Below are positions 55,090 through 64,000 of a DNA stretch of 64,000 nt, one piece after another; positions within the stretch are counted from its first letter, which is position 1; each line of letters starts with the position of its first letter. A model generated the notes under the pieces. It did no database searches, was not told the DNA's origin, and saw nothing but the letters and a program-made list of their open reading frames with translations. The translations under genes and the position numbers were made by a program. The stretch spans positions 208,911-272,910 of the forward strand of contig RHPI01003369.1 of NCBI GenBank assembly GCA_009103225.1, given 5' to 3'. Source of the DNA: Chlorokybus atmophyticus. Its lineage: Eukaryota; Plantae; Mesostigma and Chlorokybus algae.

Positions 55090-55987
55090 GTTTAGTCCGA
55101 GCTGTGTTGTTGTAGTTGTGGTGGTCGTGGTGGGTGGTGGTGTATTGGATTCGGTTGTGAATTGGTGTTCTTGTTGTTGTTGCTATCGAAGTGGTGGTGG
55201 ATGGTGTTGTTGCCGCAACAGTAGCTATGGCTTTGCTGTTGCTGTTGCTGTTGCTGCCCTCTCCTCTCACGCAAGAGGTGAAGTCTTCCCTGCATTAACA
55301 AAGAATAATGACATGCGCACTTGCACGAATAGCATTGCAGACTCAACCGCATGTTTCTTATTTGTTATTTTCCTTAAGTATCTTGAAGTCGTTTTTACCA
55401 AGTTAATACACACACTGCTGCTGTGAGAGTATAAAATTGACACTCAGGTGCAACAGGCTCAAGTGGTATAACTGGCAAAACAACGACAATCGCCAATAAC
55501 CATCACAGTAATAACAACAGCAGGCACTGCCATAATGAAAACCAGAACAGTAACCTGCAGCAATGGACACAAGGCACAACCAGAACAGGTTGAGCTATGC
55601 AGAAAGCGGCATAAGACTTGATGACAATTGCTTGAGAATGCTTAGCAGGGCGCACATACGAACAATCGCTCACAAGTCGACTGGGAAAATAACTTGATTG
55701 CCTGAGGCTCTCTGTTGTGATGTTGTACTGTAACATTGTAAAACCTGCATGATAATCTACGTTGCCTAGTTGTTTGAGGGCATCATCACGCACGATTACA
55801 ACAACACTTGCATGCTTTGTAAAATTGTACACAACTACCTGAAACTCTCTCTCAGCTTAGCTGCACTTTCTCAACTGCATCCTTCATTGATCGCCGCGCA
55901 GAAGAACACCGTTAACGACATTCAACCCGGACCACGACGACGACCGCCACCCCCCTCCGCAGCGTCACCCGCCGCCCCCCAGCCAAG

Positions 55988-56338
55988 TTAAGCACAATAT
56001 TCAATCCAGCCTCCGCCGCCGCTTTTCTCGTGTTTCTGTGCAGCGCTGGGTGCTGCTCTTAGCATGCGCAGCGCTGCTCTGTGCTCGGCGGCGGCGGCGG
56101 CGATGGAGGCAGCAGATTGATTTTTAATGTCACGCAGCCAGTCAGGCGCTTCCTCGTCGAGCTTGTCGTCCTCGTCGTTTGTCGTGTCGTGTCGTTCGAT
56201 GGCGGCAAAAACGGTCAGTGCCTTGCTTGCGGCGCGCGACGAGCACACGTCGACTGCGCGAAACGTTGGCAGCGGCGGCTGCGCATGCTCTGCAGCACAT
56301 GGCTTGAGTGTCTCACGAATGTGTGAGGCATGAGTCAT
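55988..56338 (-). CDS. GC-rich ORF, possibly an upstream exon of the LRR-like gene or a small orphan
   Basis: 116-aa ORF in coding-like composition next to an AT-rich upstream region; no homology recognised. Confidence 0.3.
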   Translation of the reverse strand: MTHASHIRETLKPCAAEHAQPPLPTFRAVDVCSSRAASKALTVFAAIERHDTTNDEDDKLDEEAPDWLRDIKNQSAASIAAAAAEHRAALRMLRAAPSAAQKHEKSGGGGWIEYCA

Positions 56339-59300
56339 GGCTCAAGACTCATGGGACATTCACAAGCTTGCGCGTCATCACATCCGACTCATGTGATGAA
56401 CACCCCCTCCCCACTTACCTCCCCTATGAAATGCACTCCCAACCCCTTTCCGCTACAGGAGCTCTATAACAAGAAAATGGGCTGTAAGTTTGCACTTACA
56501 TGTAAGCGAACTTGCATGTTTATGAGAGAGGGGGAGAGAGAGAGAGATTATCATTAATAAGGCCCATTGAAATGTGTTTAATGTACAGTTGCATGCGAGG
56601 GCCTTATGGTCGAGCTTGCTTGTCATAGTACAAATGCAACGAATTGCGCATGTATGGCTTGAAGTATTTGACGTGGCTTGTCAATTTGTAACTTCGATAT
56701 TGTGTTTCAGATAATACAGCTATAAAAAATCACCTGATCCATGTACATCATGCACGCGCTGCATATGTGCCACAACATTATACGTTAATTGTTACATCTT
56801 CTACATTTACAAACTCGCATACTTTAGCAATCGCTAGTGATTGTAATAAGCTTAAGCAGGTATATGCCAATTATCAAGTTGTGCTTGCAATACTGTGAAA
56901 CAATATGTAGCTGCTTTATGCATATGACAATTTGTACACCCGTATATGTGATGTGACCTCACAATCTATTTACAATAGTGCCATAATGCGTGTCGTGCCC
57001 GTATCGATCTCTGATATGTTGCTCTTATTGTTATTTGCATAACAGTGTGTCATGTTACAAACTGAAACGCATGTTTCGAGTGCATGATTTAATTCAAATA
57101 ATTAATGACTGCGAATGCCGCTGATGTTGATAAGGCGTAGCATCTTCATTACGTATTATACTCATGTTGGCTGGCAATGCGCGTTATAAACACGTTCGCA
57201 ATTGAAAATGCATAACCACTAACCACTTTTAGTCGTTCATTATGATTCACACAATCATATCGAGTGACTGTCTTTCCACTTCTGCAAAACACTCAATTAA
57301 TTGTGTACAGAGAATCGTAATCATATACACTTGTACCAACTTGTGTAATTTACGTATGTAATGTAATAAATTTTTCATTCATGATGTATTCACTCTCGAA
57401 TAATAGACGAGCGCAAGCACGCGATAATCGACAATGCCATTCTCTTAGCTACATTTAAAGCTAAGACATACCATGTTTAAGTAAAAGGCAACTTGACATC
57501 CTACTTGGCTTTGGCGTAAACACAGTGAACATCGCATGCATACATGGTTGATGAACTACATACATGCCAACTCAGCATCAGCGCAAGCATCAATTGTAGA
57601 TAAAGCCGTAAGCACAAAGTTGACATAGTCTGACAAAGCTATCATAAGCCTCGTCTTGATCTCGCATCACTGTGGAACCATCAGGGGTTGGTTGACACGC
57701 CCAGAGCTCAGATTAGAGTTAGTGGCGCGTCAAAACCATTGCTCGCATTAATCAACATGCATTGAGTGTTACTGTTATTGTTCGTGTGTGTGCATAGACT
57801 GCATGTGTGCAATATGACTTCTCTCATGGCGCTAGCCTTCTTGTTCAGGTCGCTTGTGCTACTTGCTGCCGTGTGCCTTGCCATGCCTCGCCTACCCGCC
57901 CTGCATTGCACATAGGTTGCAAGCACATAGCTTAGCTAGTGGCCCCAGCCTATTGTAATTGTAACCTGCTTGTGTTGCCTGCGTATGCTTGCTAAGCTTG
58001 CAGTGTGCTGTGTGCTCTCCCTTGCATCAGACCTACAAGAATGCCTATACCCTATGCATGGCATATGCAACAGCGATGCTGACATGGGCTGAGGCAAGTG
58101 CCATGCGTCTCAGCCCTAACCCAAGCTTCTAACATTGTCTGCAATGGTGTCACGAGCCCTTGCTGCTGCTGCTATACGGTACCATTTTAGATAAGCCAAT
58201 GTACTAGAAGGGAGCTTGCGGATGTACCGACAGCACATGGCCTGTGCCCTGCAATGCGCCCAAGCGCTGGCAATTGAGGAGCTGGGCGCAGTTATGGTCG
58301 TGACCGCTGGGCACCCGTGGCTCTGGCCCCGCAATGCAAATGCAGGAACAGAGCACTGATGCGAACAGGCCGGGCCATGGTAAAATGCTGCCAGCAGGCG
58401 GCATGCTGCCAGCATTGTACTCACACACATATAGGCATGCTGCAGGCCTATGTGTAGCGTATATGCAATGCTATGCATGTGACCCCATTGCATTGTGCAC
58501 ATGCATGACACATGCAAACACAAGCGCACTCGCACACGCCAGCAAACAACAACTTGTTACACCACCGGGCTACCTATACATACTAGGAAGCTACCTTCGC
58601 TAAGCCCTTGCCCCGTTAGTCAACATGCATGCGTAGTTACCTGTACACAATGGCGATTCAAACAGTTAGGCACCGGGTGAGGCTGAGCGGTAGCAGTAGC
58701 AGACAGCAGACGGACTCCCCCTTCTCTGTCTCCCTCTCTCTCCGCCTCTTTCCTGCCGCCTCCCTGCTTGCAGTACGTGCGCTCCTTGCACTACGTGCTG
58801 CTGTTGACGCAGCCAGGGTTGCATCGCCTACGTCAGCAGTATGCTACTGCTGGCATGCCTGCCGCGACTCGCCCTCACGGGCAGTAGTGGTTCAATGCCG
58901 CTAGTCCTGCCAGTGCAGTGTGCTAGGGGTTGGGGTGCCAGTGGCAGTCAGGTGCTGCGGTGGGGTTGGGTGGTGGGGTTGTGTGTGAAGTGGGCTTGCA
59001 TGGTGCAAGAGCATTTGTGAGTTTGAGGTGAGGCATGCGCGCATGCCAATGTGAGGTGACCGAGTGTACAACGACTGCAATGCACTACTGTGTGCGAAGC
59101 GGTGGCGTGCACGTTAGCAAGCAACAGGCGCGGAACTGAGGCAGTAACTCACCAAACGAGCTCAATGACGTATAATTGCACTCGGAGCGTCATTTGGTAC
59201 TACGATATGCTATACTGTAACTGACTCTGAGACAGTACCACGTGCTACCCTGCTGATGCAGCACTACTCAAAGTAACCATCTCAGCTACAGCTTGCACCG

Positions 59301-60827
59301 AATGGCTAGAGGGCTGCATGTCACAGGGCACACTCAGCAAACGCTACGTGGCCATTGGCGTGCGCCCAAAGCAACGATGCGGCCGCTTCTTTGCGTTCTT
59401 GCATGAAACTACAGGCGCAGCACGTCCTTCCCTCTGCACAGTTGCAATTCGCAGTCAGCCACTAGCAAAGGGCAGTGCTGGTAGACACATCGAATGTTTG
59501 GTGGCTTTCCCGGCAACAAAGGGACCATATAGTATGCCCAGTGCTCCAGAATGACCACCAACATGCTGTTGCATCAGGGCCATTACAACCCCGTGGTATG
59601 GAATTGACCTAGGGTATTGGTAGTTGATGCACAAAAACGACCGTACAAACAACACATCATGACCAGACTGTCATTCCGCTCAGACAGCCAAGGGTGGAAT
59701 CGTCACCGGCCCCGAAAGGCTCAGATACTCTAGTCCGAATACCTGGATTTCATCACCGCGAAAGAACATGCAGGACCCACGCAGACCATGCGTACAAATC
59801 CCCAAAGGCCTCAGGCAGCCTTAGTTGTCACCATAGAGCTCGATTGAGAACTCAGCCGGTAATTCCAATGTTTGATCATCTTTGGCCAGGGACAGGACTG
59901 ACCACTCGACACAGAAGAAACTCAGATTCTGACCTGCTGTGCTCGTCTAGTTGCCAAAGACACCATCCATCTCTTGCCTCATGCTGCAGGCACTGTCCGC
60001 AGGCACATGGAGTCGTCAGCGGCAGCAATGCAAGGAAAATACAAGCAGACTGTGACACAAGACTGGGAAGATCAGCTAGGAGCGAAAGAATAGTCCTCAG
60101 GCACAAAAGTGCTCAGATGAGCAGGACGAAGTCCGTAGTCATCATCTCTTCCCTTAAGCACAAGTAGCAGACAAGCAACTCCTACGACATATAGCCAGTT
60201 GTTCTCTCAGGACTTCTTAGAGGTAAATACGTTCAACAAGGGTGTTCAGTGGATTGACAGATAAACTGTTTCATCATGGAGAACAGCCAAAGCGCTATCA
60301 CACAAAACGGAACTCTCAGAGACCCGTGCTAAATCTTATGCATGGACGCAGCAGCGCCTGGTGCAACCGAAGAAGCGGGACAGGCGCTGCTGGCGCCCAT
60401 TTGCATTGCATCATACGGCACTTCCTAAAAGGTTGTTTTCGTCATCGAGTTCCACTACCATCACCATAGCATATGCACTGCAGATTGTACCTTGTCATCT
60501 TCCTGTCATTGCTTGGAGTTTTCCTTCTTTCGGCAAGCCAGACTTTTGTTTTCCTGCACAGCCAAAGCTACGCATCAGAGCACCAATCTTGCTACAAGCA
60601 GTAGGGTGCTCATAATGCAGGTGAGCAAATATTATCACCCGAAATGGCACCAGTTGGCCAAGCCTGTTAGGCAACGACCACTGGCTTCCTATCAGAAGGT
60701 GAAGGTTGATCTGAGCCGACCACTGACAAAAAGGGTCCGAGCAGATAATGCTGCCCTTCCTGTGGCAGGAAGGCTCCCTAATCCTATCCTAACATGCAAT
60801 GAGTTGCAGGCCATCTCATGAGCTCAC

Positions 60828-61804
60828 CTTTGGTTAAGGTCCTTGAAGGAACTCTGGCCAGACTGCTGAACTTGAAGCTCAGCTCGCGAGCATCAACATG
60901 CTTTAACTGCAAAAAGCATCAGCCAATGTCAGCATACCTGCCAAGGCATTACTGTGATGCCTTGGAGCCTAGGTAGAAGGCAGTTCATAGAGACAATGCT
61001 GCAGTCTGCCAGCTGAACATATGCAAACCAAAACACGGCAGGATGGTTTCACAGCGAAGACTGCCAGCTCAAGCCAAAGCTGGCAGCGAACACAACACAG
61101 ACAAGGACCACTAGCAGCTCATTTGCTAGACCAGGCATTGCATTGTGCTTGAACCTAGCACATACCATCCAGTTGACTCAGCGGCGGCGACTCTCGTCAA
61201 CGTCTTGTGCGCCGCATAGCTCAACTCATGCTTCATGGCGTCGGCGATGTCAACCAGATGGGCTCGTCGAGGTGGTTGGCCCGCCGTTGCGGTGCAGCCC
61301 GCCGCAGCAGACCATCGAGGCAGCCTGTAACTTTGGCCGTGAGATGCTGCATGGCCTCCAGCGCTGTCTGTCGTTGCTCGAGACGATCTACAGGCACGGC
61401 CGCCCCAAGCAGGAGGTGAGGCGGCCGCCGCCGCCGCCGCCGCCGCCAACTGGTTACAGCAATGCCTATCTCAACTGTAGTGGCGGCGCCTTATGGACCC
61501 CTCTACGCTGATCCGGGATCAGCGACCTGGGTTACCACACATCGATGATGATCAGTGATCTCGATAAGCACGCTGTGAGCCACTCATGACCTGTTACGCA
61601 GGTGTAAATGCTTGGTACAACAGTCTCCCCACTTCACCCTCATCACTGAGCGTGCATCTGGAACTTGTACATGAACGCTGCACAATCTGAAGCTGTGGCG
61701 GCGCTGGCGGCACTCACGCGCGGTTGTCGCTGCTGCACACGTCTTTGCGCGCGGCCTCGAGTGCCACCCCTGCACCGTGCTGCGCGTTCATGCACGCACC
61801 ATTT

Positions 61805-61838
<34 letters not shown>

Positions 61839-63460
61839 CGTATGCCACGTCGTCGACCTCCCCGGTTGTCTGCTGGCTTCGCAGGCATGCACGAGGGCAC
61901 CAGCAACTCTGTGCAAAGAAGTTTGGGTTGTTATGCAAACCTCTGTTTGCTGCTGTTGTCGTCGTTGTTGTTGTTGTTGTTGCTTGAGGTCGTGGTAGCA
62001 TTCGGGGTTAAATGCGGGTGTGTGCACCCAGCGCACACGCCTGCACCTTCAATGGAGCGCCACAGGCCGTGGCTCTCAACCAAGATGTCACCGCCTTGTT
62101 GTTCATCCAAGTGCAAGGCGTTGTCGCTGTCTCTGCGCTGTTCGCCCTCTTTCAAACTGAGCAATAGACCTGCCGCTCCTCATCCGCGCAGCAGCAGAAC
62201 CCAACATGAGTGTGGAACCATGCAAAGCACTCAACATATTCTGGGAACAAGTTGTGTGGCAATATACTCACCCCATAGTGCATGCGAATGAGGCGTCTGT
62301 GAGGCTTCATCACGGATGCGTTGCAGCTATGAGCCCTCCTCCTCCTCGACGCCAGTCTCAGCCGGTAACGGGTTTACGTGGCGGTCCAATGCTGGCGCCA
62401 CAAACGATGGCCTCCAGGTCCGGTAGCGACCAGGCCTCATCACAATCCAATGCACATATCATTGTGTCGACGAAGTGGCGCAGTACCAGGTAGTAGTGCC
62501 TATGTTGGGACGGTCCCAATAGTAGCCACATGACAACATGGCGGTAACGCCAAGCATCACTACTTGCTCATGGTTGTGCGCTTGTTCTTAGACCTGAGGC
62601 TGAGATGCGGGTACACGTGGGTAGCCTTGTTCTAGATGAATATCATCTTCGCTGACACACAGCACCGAGGCTCTCTCCGCTCCTGTTCTTCGTGCTGCGG
62701 TTGCCGGCATGCACGTCATTTGGCCTGGCAGCCCTGCAGGCTTCCTGGCTGCTGCTCGCACGTTTCCGTTTGCACTGTCATGGTTGTCGCTGGCGTCATC
62801 GCCGGCGGCGCCAAGGTTGCGGCTGTCACCATTCATGGCAGCGGCGGGCCTGGACCCGTCGGGGTTTTGTCAAACAAGTCTTGGCCCTGGAGTCCCTTGG
62901 TTGGATGCAGGGAGTGAAGACTGTTGTGCATGATGCCGGTGACATCAAGGTGCTGCTGGGGACCAGCGCATGCTGGGTGACACGGTGAGGATGCGCGGTA
63001 CTGTATGCACAAAACAGTGTCAGCTTGCAGGTGGTTCACAATGATGACCAGTCATTGCGAATAGTACTCGCAGAGTTTTCTTCCCTTTTGCTCACCTGCA
63101 TGCAAGTGGACGGGTGGCCAGAGCGTCTCATTGGCGATGCCGTCTTCCTCAGGCGGAGAGAAATCTTGACTTGTATCGTCAGACTGCGTGCAACACATAC
63201 ATTTTGTTGACACATCAGCTCAGGTCACGCTATTGCCTCGCGCTGGAACAACAACAGCAACAGCAGCAGCACTACTTGAATGGTGAGGTGGATGTGGACG
63301 GTGGGGCCATGCTGGACGTCCAGGCAGCTGTCGGCCGAGGAGACGGTGGCATCGTGCACCTCCTTCAGGTTGCAAATTATGCTTGCCATTTTAAACCCCA
63401 GCATCGCCGCACGATAACGGGGCGAGCGGGAGTGAAACGACTCAACAGCACCACGACTTG
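60828..63460 (-). CDS. Probable fragmented minus-strand gene with low-complexity (Asn/Gln/Thr) segments; no coherent model
   Basis: Exon-like blocks with good splice sites: 61167-61449 ending TG|GTATGT, about 60828-60906 ending G|GTGAG and about 63095-63185 ending G|GTGAGC. They could not be joined into one ORF. Confidence 0.25.
61805..61837. repeat. (TTG)n microsatellite
   Basis: Direct reading. Confidence 0.9.
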
Positions 63461-64000
63461 AACACTTGCACATGCATGTGTGTATGCACAATTACAAGCA
63501 CACGCACATGTGCACGCACGTGCGCATGCGCGAACGTGCTCACATACTCAGAGAGAATCACGCCCTCGCATGCATACGCGCACACCCATCCCAACGCGCA
63601 CAAACGTACGCACCCACATATACGTCGTGGCGCGTGACATAGTGGAGTGTATGGCTATTCTGCAGCACCGCAACGGTGCTGGTGGGGCGGCTTTGCGAGC
63701 TCAGGGCGAGAGAGTCGCACGCAAACGCGCATGTGCATTGACCTCACCCTCAGGGTCAAAGACAGATGTCACGGTGGGTATGGTGGCACCCCGCATGCGC
63801 CACACGCTCTCGAGCTGGCTTGTGTGTGTGCGTGTGTGCGGCTGCATGCGTGTGCATTGCATTGCGTGCACGTGCGTGCGTGCCTGCTTGCGTGTGTTTG
63901 TGGCTGCGAGTGCACGCATGCTTGCGCGCACATACTCTGTGCGGGTACACACGTGCATAGGCGTATGCGTTTGCCCTGATTGCTCAGCCAGCATGCAGTT

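Noticed and set aside
57814-57915. 33-codon signal-peptide-like ORF (MTSLMALAFLFRSLVLLAAVCLAMPRLPALHCT)
   Set aside because: Too short, with no mature domain or usable splice continuation.
59560-60240. TnpB/Fanzor (YGIDLG) or copia RNase H (ELYGDN) remnants
   Set aside because: These are isolated 5-6-aa matches followed by stops, with no supporting motifs.
63480-64000. Cys/Val/Ala/His-rich ORFs here and in many introns
   Set aside because: They are translations of TG/CA/GC low-complexity intron or intergenic sequence.

Overview
Eukaryotic nuclear DNA with short spliceosomal introns and CA/TG-rich low-complexity tracts. The gene content (CYP97A, PLATZ, SCAB, organellar RadA and RsmD, plus an axonemal-type dynein) suggests a flagellate-stage streptophyte green alga; this taxon call is inference. 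Genes in order: divergent dynein heavy chain-like (-, runs off the left edge), CYP97A (+), intron-containing H2B (-), conserved plastid membrane protein (+), PLATZ factor (-), a nested transposon cluster at 22.2-28.2 kb, a doubtful PEBP-like gene (-), Tyr-phosphatase-like (+), CBM3-like protein (-), SCAB (-), METTL5 (+), RadA (-), citrate synthase (+), RsmD (+) and an LRR-like orphan (-). The right end could not be annotated. Three observations stand out. (1) A 9-exon gene, invisible in the ORF track, encodes signal peptide + bacterial-type CBM3 cellulose-binding-like module + hydrophobic GPI/TM tail. (2) A 523-bp TRIM has a tRNA-type Pol III promoter split between the 5' LTR (A box) and the internal region (B box), with the PBS between them. 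(3) The dynein-like gene has a destroyed AAA1 P-loop and apparently no tail. All homology calls are from recalled family motifs and all exon models were traced by hand; no searches were run. The long poly-G run at 7.2-7.5 kb is treated as an artefact.
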